From IMG/VR virus record IMGVR_UViG_3300022217_000228, positions 1 to 64,000 of that record: a stretch of DNA of 64,000 bases, one strand, 5' to 3'. This DNA comes from a virus. Lineage: Duplodnaviria > Caudoviricetes. Numbering within the stretch: the stretch's first letter is position 1; every line of letters begins with the position of its first letter. Both the position numbers and the translations under genes were made by a program. The notes under the pieces were generated by a model. The model was not told the origin of the DNA. It did not search any database and worked only from the letters and a program-made list of their open reading frames with translations. Below, piece after piece: positions 1 through 9,607 of the stretch.

Positions 1-90
1 CGCTATGCCACATCCCTGAAAATATTGTGGGTTGTCTACTCCGTGATCGACTATTTCATAGTCGCTGATTATTTTGTTTGTTGAATCCAT
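1..90 (-). CDS. Hypothetical protein, N-terminal part (MDSTNKIISDYEIVDHGVDNPQYFQGCGIA...), runs off the left edge
   Basis: ATG at 90 with GGAGG RBS and an upstream promoter; frame open to position 1. Confidence 0.6.
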   Translation of the reverse strand, partial: MDSTNKIISDYEIVDHGVDNPQYFQGCGIA

Positions 91-131
91 GTGATCCTCC
101 TTGGTGGTTGGTTTGATTTGCTTACACCTAA

Positions 132-160
132 AAGATAACACAACCCGCTTGCGATGTCAA
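132..160 (-). promoter_or_regulatory. Sigma70-type leftward promoter
   Basis: TTGACA-17 nt-TATCTT on the minus strand. Confidence 0.7.
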
Positions 161-237
161 TAGTTTTTTTTCATGCTATATATAGGTTCGGAAGAAAGTG
201 TGTTTTGTGGTGAACACGAAAATAATTAAAATAGTTG

Positions 238-266
238 TTGCTTTTTTATTGATATGATGTTAAATT
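238..266 (+). promoter_or_regulatory. Sigma70-type rightward promoter, divergent from the previous one
   Basis: TTGCTT-17 nt-TAAATT with TGn extension. Confidence 0.5.
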
Positions 267-286
267 AAGGATAGTTCTTTTAAATA

Positions 287-382
287 TGCATCACAAAAAA
301 CAGGGTATATACAGCCCGTATTTTTACACCTTCCCTTCCGTGATGCAGAGGGAAGGGGAACTGTGAGGATACGGGTTTTTTT
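287..382 (+). terminator. Terminator or attenuator-like leader structure
   Basis: CCCGTAT(315-321)/ATACGGG(369-375) followed by T7; nested CCTTCCCT/AGGGAAGG stem; competing TGCATCAC/GTGATGCA pairing. Confidence 0.5.
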
Positions 383-396
383 AATGAGGTGGTGTT

Positions 397-543
397 ATGA
401 ATAGGGACAAGGAGCTGTTAAAGCGGATCCACGAGAGTATTATCTTAAACTGGGATGATGTGCCGGAAGAGCTGCATGCGTTCTCGGTTAATATTGATAA
501 TGTGTGTAAAATAACAAAGTCTAAAGAAGAGCTGAGTAATTAA
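397..543 (+). CDS. Small hypothetical protein (48 aa)
   Basis: ATG with GAGGTGG RBS; below the ORF-track size cutoff. Confidence 0.5.
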   Translation: MNRDKELLKRIHESIILNWDDVPEELHAFSVNIDNVCKITKSKEELSN

Positions 544-626
544 ATGCCTATCACAGGGTGTTATTGTGTGAACAGTCGATGTGTGATGCATCGGCTGTTT
601 TAGTTTTATAGGGTGCACTGACAAGG

Positions 627-1160
627 ATGATTAAGCAAAATTATACTAGGCTTGATAAAATCAGGCTCGCATATAAAATGAGAAACAATCCTACTGAAGC
701 CGAAAAGGCATTATACACAGCATTAAAAAACGCAAAAATAAAACACTATCGCCAATATTTAATTGAAGGTTATATCGTAGACGCCTATCTCCCGGAGAAG
801 AAAGTAGCCATAGAATGCGATGGTGGGTATCATAACATTGCAGCACAACAGTTTTATGATATTGATCGAGATAACGCTTTGTTGAAGAAAAATATCACTA
901 CTCTACGGTTCACTAATGAAGAAATACTTCAAAATCCAATGGTGATCGTATCGGCAATTAAGAAAAGATTTAAAATAAAAGCTCGAACACGACCAATAAA
1001 AAGAAAAAAAAGTAAAAGAAATACAATCACTTCTTATAAAGAAATGATATTAATTAAAATAAGGTGTGCAGAAAGAACTCAATTATTTGAAAAAATGAGT
1101 AAAATGCCATCTTCTGTGTTTGTGGACTGCAGTACTACGCTAGCTAAAAAATTAGCGTGA
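627..1160 (+). CDS. DUF559/Vsr-like endonuclease-domain protein
   Basis: MRNNPTEAE, YIVDAY, IECDGGYH, RDNALL, LRFTNEEI motifs. Confidence 0.85.
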   Translation: MIKQNYTRLDKIRLAYKMRNNPTEAEKALYTALKNAKIKHYRQYLIEGYIVDAYLPEKKVAIECDGGYHNIAAQQFYDIDRDNALLKKNITTLRFTNEEILQNPMVIVSAIKKRFKIKARTRPIKRKKSKRNTITSYKEMILIKIRCAERTQLFEKMSKMPSSVFVDCSTTLAKKLA

Positions 1161-1416
1161 GCTCACTCTAAGAGTAATATATCCGGGCTCCTGCAGGTTG
1201 CTGGCAATACAAAGTATCGTAATGCCGACATTCTCCAGCAAAAACTGAGCAGCATACATAATGGCTGCAGGTGCGGACAACCCGCCAGTGGAGAACGTGA
1301 TAGCAAGGGCTGATGTTCCCAACATCACCGCTGATTAACTGTTTAAATCAACGGGGGACTAGGGGGCAATGCGTCTCTTTATAATCCATAACCCAACACA
1401 ATGACTGGAGCCAATA

Positions 1417-1662
1417 ATGACTAAGAAAAACCGCGTGTTCCTACCACCACAAACGTCGTATGTATGTGGGCATGGCGATGGCAGAGGAAACCTACTAATG
1501 GGACACGAAGAAGTAATCACAATGATCGAAAAAAACGGAGTAGAATACATGACTCACGCCGAATATGGACCATGTTCATACTGTAATGACGCCATGGATG
1601 AGAGAATAGAAAAACAAATCAACGAATATACAATGACTGAAACCACCTATGAAACAAAATAA
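1417..1662 (+). CDS. Hypothetical protein with Cys motifs
   Basis: ORF with GGAG RBS; CxxC near the C-terminus. Confidence 0.5.
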   Translation: MTKKNRVFLPPQTSYVCGHGDGRGNLLMGHEEVITMIEKNGVEYMTHAEYGPCSYCNDAMDERIEKQINEYTMTETTYETK

Positions 1663-1916
1663 ATGCATGTACTGCGAAACAGTAGGAGAAGCCAATTGTC
1701 CACACCATGGATCAGACTCAATAGAACAAGGTCTCAAAAATGAAAGAAAAGCAAAAAAACTACCTAAAAAGAATATATGTCCCAAATAATAAAAAACTCC
1801 CGTCGTTTCCCTACACCGATCCCCATTGAAATACTAACTAAAACTTGATTTTTAAACACTTTTAGTATATTATTATAATATAAACCGTAGGTACTAGCTT
1901 AACCGAAGAGGCTATC

Positions 1917-2561
1917 ATGTATAGCAAAAAATCACCCCGTACCACAAAATATAGAAAAAGAAGAAAGAAAAACCCAAACAAAAACCTGCAACGTAAATAC
2001 GAAATCGTCGAAAATGACGTCCCCGAAATAGATATCATAGACGATGAAAACTTCGTCCATAACCTCAAAGTACCAGAATATATAAAAACACCCGCCCACT
2101 TTGGGAATACATCAACATATAATAAAAACATCGCCCAACAAATCATTATAGACGTAGCTTCAACCAATAAACCTGTAGATAAAATAGCCGAAGAATACGG
2201 CGTGGCTGAAAGAAAACTATACGTGTGGATGTCGATTAGTGAACCTCTAAAACAGGTTTGGCTTCGAGCATTAGAGTGTAGAACGATTGTTTCAGCCTCA
2301 AGTATGGAGAACGATATTAGCCAGCTTGAGACAGTTTGTAATGATAGAAATGAGGATCCGCGGTATCAACATGCTCTTTCTGGCTCATTTGATCGTAAGT
2401 GGAGGCATAGAGAATGGTTTATGGCCAAGCTCAACCGTAAGCTGTTTGGAGACTCTAAGGATATAGGTGTGAATATAACAGTCAATACTGTTGAACTACG
2501 TCAAGCAGCATGGGACAAGCACAGAGTACAAGAAGCAGAGTATACAGAAGCGAATGAATAG
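1917..2561 (+). CDS. terS: Terminase small subunit (Sf6 gp1-like)
   Basis: HTH region YNKNIAQQII...KLYVWM, helical region, and WFMAKLNRKLFGD resembling the KW..SKL.PK.YGD motif. Confidence 0.75.
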   Translation: MYSKKSPRTTKYRKRRKKNPNKNLQRKYEIVENDVPEIDIIDDENFVHNLKVPEYIKTPAHFGNTSTYNKNIAQQIIIDVASTNKPVDKIAEEYGVAERKLYVWMSISEPLKQVWLRALECRTIVSASSMENDISQLETVCNDRNEDPRYQHALSGSFDRKWRHREWFMAKLNRKLFGDSKDIGVNITVNTVELRQAAWDKHRVQEAEYTEANE

Positions 2562-2747
2562 TGTCTATCAATAGTGTCCAAATGCCACTATCCTATAAGT
2601 TAACCTACCACATTGCTATTTAAAGCTCATACGAGTCAATTTGAGGTGCGCATAATATTTTAGTATGTAGACTCAATTGTGTATACCACATAACTATTCC
2701 AACTAAATATAATTACTTATACAACACTACATGTGACACACTACGAG

Positions 2748-2780
2748 AGGTACGGGGGGGGGCGATTCCCCCCATGGGTC
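2748..2780. other. G9/C6 motif after terS, candidate packaging-initiation region
   Basis: GGTAC-G9-CGATT-C6-ATGGG in a non-coding stretch just downstream of terS, between blocks of opposite skew. Confidence 0.35.
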
Positions 2781-3048
2781 AACGCCTCATTCTCTTATAT
2801 ATATACCCTCTTCTCCAACAGCTCGTAATTTTCATCAGCAGCTATGTAAACCACCACATGTAAAGAATGTATTATACAGACAGTATTGCTTGGGATTAAT
2901 TTTTCTTGACTTCTATAAAAATACTGTGTATACTTATAAATATGCACATGTTTAATATATGGAGGTATTATGGTTGTGATGCAACTTGTTCATCGATATG
3001 TTGAGGATCATGAGGTAAACAATGAGGAGTATAGTGAGTTACTGAATT

Positions 3049-3612
3049 TTGCTATATGGGCTGATGAGGCGGGTGTGTATGAAAAGGCGTTGGATGAAGC
3101 GTAGTAGTAACAGGGTTTCGTCATCTTCTCATGGTGATATAGTTAAGTTGTACAGTGAGGATATGGTGTCTATGATAGAGATAGCTAGTCGTTATGGTGT
3201 GACACGTATGGCTGTGTGGAAGATATTGAAGAAGTGTGGTGTTGATACGAGCAAGGCTGCTGCTAATGTAGCTACGAAGTGTGAGTGGTGCGGTGAGGGG
3301 TTTAAGTTGCTTCGTTGTTATTATAGGAGTAGGCTTCATCATTTTTGTAAGCCTGAGCATTATTATAAGTGGTTGAACCGGTCGATAACGCCGTATATAA
3401 AGCACCGTTATAGTTTAAAGATAGCCCGTAAGATAGTTGAGGAGCATTTCTTTATTGAGCCTGGCCAAGTGGTTCATCATGAGAACCGTGATCAGACTGA
3501 TAACAGCCTATCAAATCTGCGTGTTTTTGACTCCCAAGGAGACCATACAAGATATCATCGCGGCTTTGACGCTAAACCAGTTTGGGACGGCAGACAACCA
3601 ACCCCTTGTTAA
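3049..3612 (+). CDS. HNH endonuclease with N-terminal HTH and Zn motif (true start probably downstream)
   Basis: VVHHENRDQTDNSLSNL...HTRYH; CEWC...HHFC. Confidence 0.75.
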   Translation: MLYGLMRRVCMKRRWMKRSSNRVSSSSHGDIVKLYSEDMVSMIEIASRYGVTRMAVWKILKKCGVDTSKAAANVATKCEWCGEGFKLLRCYYRSRLHHFCKPEHYYKWLNRSITPYIKHRYSLKIARKIVEEHFFIEPGQVVHHENRDQTDNSLSNLRVFDSQGDHTRYHRGFDAKPVWDGRQPTPC

Positions 3613-3768
3613 CCACTGTTTTCTCTTTTTCTAACCGGTAGCATAAATCCTCAAACTTCTCCACCGAATAACTTTGTTATATATCAGCGACTTAACATTA
3701 TTTTTGTTGGATTAAAAATTAGCGGTAGCGTAAAAAAGTTCAAAAAACTATGTAAACACCTTGAGTTT

Positions 3769-4050
3769 TTGTTATATTACGTGTATACTTATGGTAGGAG
3801 GATTATGGAAAAGAAGTTTGTATTAATTGAATGGCTTGATAGTAAAGGATGCACGAGTGGGTGGGAGTTTTTTGAAGATATTAAACCGCAGCTTCCATCT
3901 AATTGTATCACAGTTGGGATTATTATTAATGATTGTAAGGAATATATAGAAGTTGCTCAATCTATGGATGTAGATAAAGATGATGAACAAGTAATGGGTA
4001 GAATGGCTATACCGAGATGTTCGATTAAAAAAGTTAAGAGATTGCGTTAA
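3769..4050 (+). CDS. Phage hypothetical protein (likely start near 3805)
   Basis: VLIEWLDS...TVGII...IPRCSI pattern; GGAGG RBS before the internal ATG. Confidence 0.7.
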   Translation: MLYYVYTYGRRIMEKKFVLIEWLDSKGCTSGWEFFEDIKPQLPSNCITVGIIINDCKEYIEVAQSMDVDKDDEQVMGRMAIPRCSIKKVKRLR

Positions 4051-4296
4051 ATGCTTTCTTATTACCAGTTTTTAGATGAGCTTTGTAAGAGGCACCATTC
4101 AGAGATGTTTTCCATTTTAACTTTTGTGGTAAATCGATTTATTCGTGATAAGAATCTTGATTTTGACCATATGGTTAAGTTTATCAAAGAGATGGGATAT
4201 ATGTTTAATAATAACAAAAATGATAGCCATCCAATAATACCGCTGGTAAGACGACAAAGGCGTATAAAGAGAGTGTTGAGGATTCGGAGAAGGTAA
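4051..4296 (+). CDS. Hypothetical protein
   Basis: Abuts both neighbours (translational coupling). Confidence 0.6.
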   Translation: MLSYYQFLDELCKRHHSEMFSILTFVVNRFIRDKNLDFDHMVKFIKEMGYMFNNNKNDSHPIIPLVRRQRRIKRVLRIRRR

Positions 4297-4568
4297 TGAA
4301 AGCCGTATTAATCCGCGGTAAGCTGATCAAGCTTGATGAAGAGGATTACCATTTGGTAGGTAATTACCGGTGGTGTCTCAATAAGGGTAAGGAAAATTTG
4401 AGTTGGTATGTGGTTCGAGGGAAGCGGGTGAATAAGAAGCTAATACGTGTATTTCTACATAGAGTGGTTGCCGGCGCCAAACCAGGTGATAGAGTAAGTT
4501 TTATCGGTAATGATACGCTGGATATGAGGAAGAAGAATCTGAGAAAGAACGGGAAACGTTTAATATAA
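4296..4568 (+). CDS. Degenerate HNH-family protein without AP2 domain
   Basis: LDEEDY..V..YRW, FLHRVVAG, VSFIGNDTLDMRKKNL; catalytic His absent. Confidence 0.65.
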   Translation: MKAVLIRGKLIKLDEEDYHLVGNYRWCLNKGKENLSWYVVRGKRVNKKLIRVFLHRVVAGAKPGDRVSFIGNDTLDMRKKNLRKNGKRLI

Positions 4569-4581
4569 ATAAATTAAAAGT

Positions 4582-4614
4582 ATATATTTCACATAATCAG
4601 TAGTTGGTGTCAAG
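4582..4614 (+). other. attI-like cassette entry site A
   Basis: ATATATTTCACA-9 nt-GTTGGTGTCAAG directly before the first + strand cassette; same 12-mer at 49297-49308. Confidence 0.55.
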
Positions 4615-4647
4615 TTTTTGAACTTTTAATTTGGAGGAAATTTTACT

Positions 4648-4956
4648 ATGTGGAGATTATTGGAAGTCGGTGAAGTTCGTCAGAGAGATGATGAATATAT
4701 ACTCAATGCGAATCCGTGGGAACCTATTGGGTCAATCATCGGAATACCGTTTAAAGATGGTGACAACCCGGTGCGCCGTAAAATTTCGGATAATTCGGAG
4801 GTTCAAAAACCAACCGCTAACATCGACTATACGGCGGTGCTTAAAAAGGAACTGAATCAATGGATTAATTCAGCGCCATCAGTTGTTGCCGAGAAAGATA
4901 TTCATCAATTTGCAGCGCACCTCAATGCCGTGATAAACAAACGGCACTGCACATAG
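4648..4956 (+). CDS. Cassette-borne hypothetical protein, translated through its attC
   Basis: GGAGG RBS; PTANIDYTAV is encoded by the hairpin left arm. Confidence 0.7.
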   Translation: MWRLLEVGEVRQRDDEYILNANPWEPIGSIIGIPFKDGDNPVRRKISDNSEVQKPTANIDYTAVLKKELNQWINSAPSVVAEKDIHQFAAHLNAVINKRHCT

Positions 4957-4973
4957 TCGAGAACCGTTGTGCG
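4814..4973 (+). other. attC-like site
   Basis: CCGCTAAC-ATCGACTATACGGCGGTGC ... GCACTGCACATAGTCGA-GAACC-GTTGTGCG. Confidence 0.8.
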
Positions 4974-5004
4974 AAATGTTTTTTTGAGAGTATAGGAGTT
5001 TGCC

Positions 5005-5235
5005 ATGACACTAAAAGAAGCATTTGATTTTTTGCAACAGAGGCATCGTGTTGTAGAAACCGAAAGCGATACCGAATCAAAATCATGGCAAGCTCTGAAG
5101 TCAGCGGTATTCGCTCAACAGCACTTAACAGGCGATAAAAACGAGCCGGAGGACATTACGCCCTGTGAACATGAGTGGAGGGCGGCGTGTACTCAGGCGA
5201 TTTGTAGGAAGTGTGGAGAAATATCAGATGATTAA
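5005..5235 (+). CDS. Cassette-borne hypothetical protein with Cys-rich C-terminus inside the attC loop
   Basis: AGGAG RBS; CEHEW...CRKCGE lies in the loop. Confidence 0.7.
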   Translation: MTLKEAFDFLQQRHRVVETESDTESKSWQALKSAVFAQQHLTGDKNEPEDITPCEHEWRAACTQAICRKCGEISDD

Positions 5236-5273
5236 CGACGGCGTAACGTCTTTTATCGCCGAACCGTTGGCCA
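5121..5273 (+). other. attC-like site
   Basis: CACTTAAC-AGGCGATAAAAACG ... CGTCTTTTATCGCC-GAACC-GTTGGCCA; same family as 63827-63992. Confidence 0.8.
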
Positions 5274-5277
5274 TAAT

Positions 5278-6048
5278 ATGAAAACACTTACAGCAGGACC
5301 ATTTTTATCAGAATTCGGATGGCTTATATGCTGCTGGATACCAGCCATCCGCAGATATAGCCGAAAGTTTGACGAGACTACAGTTGTATGCAGAGCAGCA
5401 CATGATTATTTGGTGGAGGATTTCGCTGGTGGTATTATACATCATGATAAAAAAGGGTTGCCAGATAGGTGGCTTTTGAATGGCAAGGAAACTCATATTC
5501 ATAAGCTTACTAAAAGGATGCTCGTTGGGGCCACTATCGTAGAGCCCACACAAAAAGTGTGCACCCAATGGAAACGTGAGTATTTTAAGTACGGTAAGAA
5601 ATATGAGGAATGCGCATATGATTTGGTTATCCATGCCCGGGCGTGCACGAAGTACGGTCAAAGATCGTGGAATTATCCGAAGCCACGATACAGAAAAGTG
5701 CTTGAAGCCCTGAAACCACAGAGAGTATGCTGCATAGGAACCGAAGCCAACTATATTGAAGGCACCGAGGACAAGAGAAACATACCATTAAAAGAACTAT
5801 GCGACATCCTGGCAAGCAGCAAAGTGCTGTTGTCGCCATCGAGCGGTCCTGCCCACCTTGCCTCTCTCTGTGGTTGTCCTCACGTAGTTATGACCGATAA
5901 CAAGTATCAGAAGTCGATCGGTGGGACGAATAGAGATAGATATAAGCGATTGTGGAATCCATTCCATACGAAGTGTAAAGTACTCGATAAAGATAACTGG
6001 CAGCCCCCTGTAAAAAAAGTTGTTAAAACTTTGGAGAAATTCTTATGA
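5278..6048 (+). CDS. GT9 (heptosyltransferase)-like glycosyltransferase
   Basis: LKELCDILASSKVLLSPSSGPAHLASLCGCPHVV matches the GT9 C-terminal motif. Confidence 0.7.
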   Translation: MKTLTAGPFLSEFGWLICCWIPAIRRYSRKFDETTVVCRAAHDYLVEDFAGGIIHHDKKGLPDRWLLNGKETHIHKLTKRMLVGATIVEPTQKVCTQWKREYFKYGKKYEECAYDLVIHARACTKYGQRSWNYPKPRYRKVLEALKPQRVCCIGTEANYIEGTEDKRNIPLKELCDILASSKVLLSPSSGPAHLASLCGCPHVVMTDNKYQKSIGGTNRDRYKRLWNPFHTKCKVLDKDNWQPPVKKVVKTLEKFL

Positions 6049-6281
6049 AAAGGTTACCAAGAGCAGATAAAAACGCCTTATTTAAATTAATAAGCGAATT
6101 AATGTCATGTGGGTTTAGAGGGTCAGCACAACGTGTTGTTGATGAAAACATTGATGAATATATAAGAGCGCAAATAAATGGTAATGAGTGGAAGTTCAAG
6201 TGTCCAAGATGTGGATGTAGATTTGCAAACGAAATAAGTAGTAAGTACTATTGTTATAATTGTAATGCTGAAATGCCATAG
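6045..6281 (+). CDS. Zn-ribbon hypothetical protein
   Basis: CPRC...CYNC. Confidence 0.65.
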   Translation: MKRLPRADKNALFKLISELMSCGFRGSAQRVVDENIDEYIRAQINGNEWKFKCPRCGCRFANEISSKYYCYNCNAEMP

Positions 6282-6317
6282 TTATGAAAATAACCTTCTG
6301 CTGTCAACACAATTATT

Positions 6318-6872
6318 ATGAGTGAATACCGCTTAATAAGTGACAAGCTGGTTAAAGCAAGCTTAATCACACTGAATTATCAATTTATTCCAACACTTAC
6401 TCATAACAGTATCTGGAATTTTGACATGAGTTTGCCGAATAGCCCACAAGTTGAATGTGCAAAACTTCTTCTAAGGCATGGTAGAAACTGGGGTAAGCTT
6501 AAATATTGCAGATATGCAGAGGATAGACGACATAGATACCGATGTGGTATCCATAAATGGACTGAAAAAGCCATTAAAGAACACATATTAGGCTCTCGGT
6601 ATGACATACTCATGAGTATAAAGAAGCGTGGATTTAGTAAAAAACTGAACGCAAAGCAGCCGATCACAGTGTTAATAGCTCCATTTTGGGCAACACGGTT
6701 TAATTTTAATGAAGAATGGCTTAACGGCCCAGAGATTTATCACGGTGGACGTCGATGTGCAGCTCTATACGCACTAGGGCATAAAACCGTACCGGTTCTG
6801 TGGGCTAAAGATAAACATCCTGGATCGTGCAAGGGTGGGAAATTTGAACAGAAGGTGCTGAGGTTTATATGA
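6318..6872 (+). CDS. ParB/sulfiredoxin-like domain protein
   Basis: EIYHGGRRCAALYALGHKTVPV resembles the ParB-N motif. Confidence 0.45.
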   Translation: MSEYRLISDKLVKASLITLNYQFIPTLTHNSIWNFDMSLPNSPQVECAKLLLRHGRNWGKLKYCRYAEDRRHRYRCGIHKWTEKAIKEHILGSRYDILMSIKKRGFSKKLNAKQPITVLIAPFWATRFNFNEEWLNGPEIYHGGRRCAALYALGHKTVPVLWAKDKHPGSCKGGKFEQKVLRFI

Positions 6873-7120
6873 CATCATATCAGAAATTAAAGAAACGTAT
6901 AGAGTGGTTAGAAGATATATGCGATAGATACGCTTGTTCTATTAATAATGCAAAAAATAAAGTTTGTGAAAATCCTAGTGTAATATTTGCTTCAACTATG
7001 TCTATTGGTTCTATTCTTCGTACTCAAAAATTGGAAAAAGATCCATATAAATTAGTAGAGATTATATGTAGTATTCCAATACGCCATCAACTTTTTTGTA
7101 ATAGAAAAAATAATGATTGA
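6869..7120 (+). CDS. Hypothetical protein
   Basis: Start/stop overlaps with both neighbours. Confidence 0.6.
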   Translation: MTSYQKLKKRIEWLEDICDRYACSINNAKNKVCENPSVIFASTMSIGSILRTQKLEKDPYKLVEIICSIPIRHQLFCNRKNND

Positions 7121-7871
7121 AGTCAGCGTAATAATCCCAGTATATAACTACGCCAAATATCTTACCGATGCTGTTCTAAGTGTTTCACGTGAAACACTTA
7201 GCGTGCAAATAATAATAGTGAATGATTGCAGTACCGACAATACCGATGACGTTGTTACAGAGTTATGTAGGCCGTTTAAGCTGCCTGAAGTCCGTATAAA
7301 ATATATAAAGCTCGAACACAACGGTGGAGTATCAGCAGCAAGAAACAGAGGACTCATCGAAAGTATCGGTGAATACATTACTTTTCTCGATGCCGATGAT
7401 ATGAGAGTGCCAGGATCTCTCGAACTTCAAAGAAAATTCCTCGATGAGCATAAAAAGCATGATGTCGTATGGGGACAAGCGCTTGAAATACGTGGAGATA
7501 TAGGCTACAACAAAGCAGTTAATAAGATAAGATCATTGAGGATCCATCCATCAGAAGTTAATCCGCAGACAGTAATGTATAGACGCAGTGTATTTGAACG
7601 GTTCGGCGGATGGTATGAGATGCTGCGTTCCGGGGAAGATAAAGAAATGAGTATGCGTCTTGGCATTCATCCCGAATCTCCATTCAAACTGGTTAAAGCC
7701 AAGAAGTTAAAATCACCGATAGCATTCTACCGCAAACACCCGCTCGAAAAGCACAAGCTTAGAAAAGCCGATTCGGATTGGAAAAAAGAGACGAAACGAA
7801 TACAAAAAGAACGAATTAAACAACTAAAACGTGAAGGAGTAACACGAGAAAATACTCCGTTTCCGATATGA
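7113..7871 (+). CDS. Family 2 glycosyltransferase
   Basis: VSVIIPVYN, IIVNDCSTD, GVSAARNRG, FLDADD, GED. Confidence 0.95.
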   Translation: MIEVSVIIPVYNYAKYLTDAVLSVSRETLSVQIIIVNDCSTDNTDDVVTELCRPFKLPEVRIKYIKLEHNGGVSAARNRGLIESIGEYITFLDADDMRVPGSLELQRKFLDEHKKHDVVWGQALEIRGDIGYNKAVNKIRSLRIHPSEVNPQTVMYRRSVFERFGGWYEMLRSGEDKEMSMRLGIHPESPFKLVKAKKLKSPIAFYRKHPLEKHKLRKADSDWKKETKRIQKERIKQLKREGVTRENTPFPI

Positions 7872-8704
7872 AAATACATAAGATGGGATTCGATATAGTT
7901 CACGGGTGTCAACTTAGGTGCGTGGGATGTCCTATATCTACATTAAAACCTAAAATTAGATATGTTTCTATTACTAATTTTTATAAATGTCTTATAAATC
8001 TTGATGTCAGTGAAATATTCAAATTAAGGCTTTATAATTATGGCGAACCATTATTGCACCCAGAGTTATATGAGATTTTAAGAGCTATCGCAGTTCAATC
8101 ATGGAAAGTTAAAAATGTTGAAATAACAACAAATGGACAGTATTGGAATACAGAAAGATTTGTAGAGGCATTTAGGCTTAATGTTGTTACTCAACTGTAT
8201 GTATCATGTGATGGCGATGCAACTCCGAAAGAATACGAACGCTTGCGCCCTCCGGCCAAATGGAAAAAGCTGATTGATTTTTTAAAGGAAATGAAAAGAT
8301 TGCGAGATGAAGTATGCCCTGGCATGTTTCTTGGAACACGTACTATCTGTACCGATGAAAAAGCTCAAAAGCGTTGGAAAAAACTGTTACGCCCATTGGG
8401 ATATACCACTGAATTCAGACCATGGGGAACACGTGCCGATGCAATAGAACAGCCCTGGGGAAAGGTTAAAGTACCTAAAGGAATATGCACGTATCTAACG
8501 AAAGAAAAGGGTAGAAGGCTATATGTGGATTATGACGGCACTGTAGTGCCATGCTGTGTTCATCCACGCGCTGGAGTATTAGGTAATTTACTTGAAAATA
8601 AATACAGTGAAATACTCGAAGGAAAACCACGGAAAAAGTTTATTTCAACCATGAAAAAAGGAAGAAAACATATTCCAGCTTGTGTAGGATGTCAGGAGAA
8701 ATAG
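7868..8704 (+). CDS. Radical SAM protein with SPASM/twitch domain, paralog 1
   Basis: CQLRCVGC, YNYGEPLLHP, VDYDGTVVPCC, CVGC. Confidence 0.92.
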   Translation: MKIHKMGFDIVHGCQLRCVGCPISTLKPKIRYVSITNFYKCLINLDVSEIFKLRLYNYGEPLLHPELYEILRAIAVQSWKVKNVEITTNGQYWNTERFVEAFRLNVVTQLYVSCDGDATPKEYERLRPPAKWKKLIDFLKEMKRLRDEVCPGMFLGTRTICTDEKAQKRWKKLLRPLGYTTEFRPWGTRADAIEQPWGKVKVPKGICTYLTKEKGRRLYVDYDGTVVPCCVHPRAGVLGNLLENKYSEILEGKPRKKFISTMKKGRKHIPACVGCQEK

Positions 8705-9607
8705 ATGATAGTAGCCGGAGTACAGACAGGGCAAATAAGGGGTGGGTCCGCAAGAATCAGATACTATACGTTCATGAAGCACCTCAAATGCGATAAAACT
8801 GATGACTTGGAAAAGGCAGATGTTGTCTATTTTCAAAAGAAATCTTCCAAAGATATTATCAAATTAGCGCGAGAGTTAAAATCCAAAGGGAAGAAAATAG
8901 TCTATGATTGTGACGACGGCGATGGAGATAGAGACAGGAAAGACAGAAACGATCCTGCAATGTTCAAGATTGCCGATGCGATCACTACCGATACAGATGC
9001 ACGTGCAAAACAGTTTCGAAAGAAAACAAATACTCCTGTGTATGTAGTACAGGATTGTATTGATTACGATATAGACCCTACTGATCATATAGAAATAAAG
9101 CCTACAATAGAAACGATCGGTACTTTTGGGACGCATAAGGTTCTTGAAGCTACCTTTAATATGATAAAGCATATTCCTCGCTGTAAAAATCAATATTACA
9201 TAACTGATAGAAATATAAAGAAATACGATAAACATGGCTGGAGGTTAATCCATTGGGGCTTAATTACATTTGTGGATAACCTTAAACTGTTTGACCTGTG
9301 TATTTTGTTGCATCCTAAAGACAAAGTTGGGAATCTAAAGTCAAACAATAGGCTACTTGTATGTATGGCTCTCGGTATACCAACAATTGTTTCAGATACT
9401 GCTGCTTATTCAAAAACAATGTGTCTTGTTAATATATATGGTTGGGATATAAAGATAAAAAAAGCAATTGATTTGATATCTGACTATGAAACAAGAAAAT
9501 ATTACTCTATAAGAATGAGTCAATTTGCTTGGGGAAGATATTCGCCTGCAGAATCAGCAAGACAACTCGAACAAGTATTCAGGAGACTATATGATTCAAG
9601 TCTTTAA
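8705..9607 (+). CDS. GT-B (GT4-like) glycosyltransferase
   Basis: ADVVYFQK, KIVYDCDD, KSNNRLLVCMALGIPTIVS. Confidence 0.7.
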   Translation: MIVAGVQTGQIRGGSARIRYYTFMKHLKCDKTDDLEKADVVYFQKKSSKDIIKLARELKSKGKKIVYDCDDGDGDRDRKDRNDPAMFKIADAITTDTDARAKQFRKKTNTPVYVVQDCIDYDIDPTDHIEIKPTIETIGTFGTHKVLEATFNMIKHIPRCKNQYYITDRNIKKYDKHGWRLIHWGLITFVDNLKLFDLCILLHPKDKVGNLKSNNRLLVCMALGIPTIVSDTAAYSKTMCLVNIYGWDIKIKKAIDLISDYETRKYYSIRMSQFAWGRYSPAESARQLEQVFRRLYDSSL

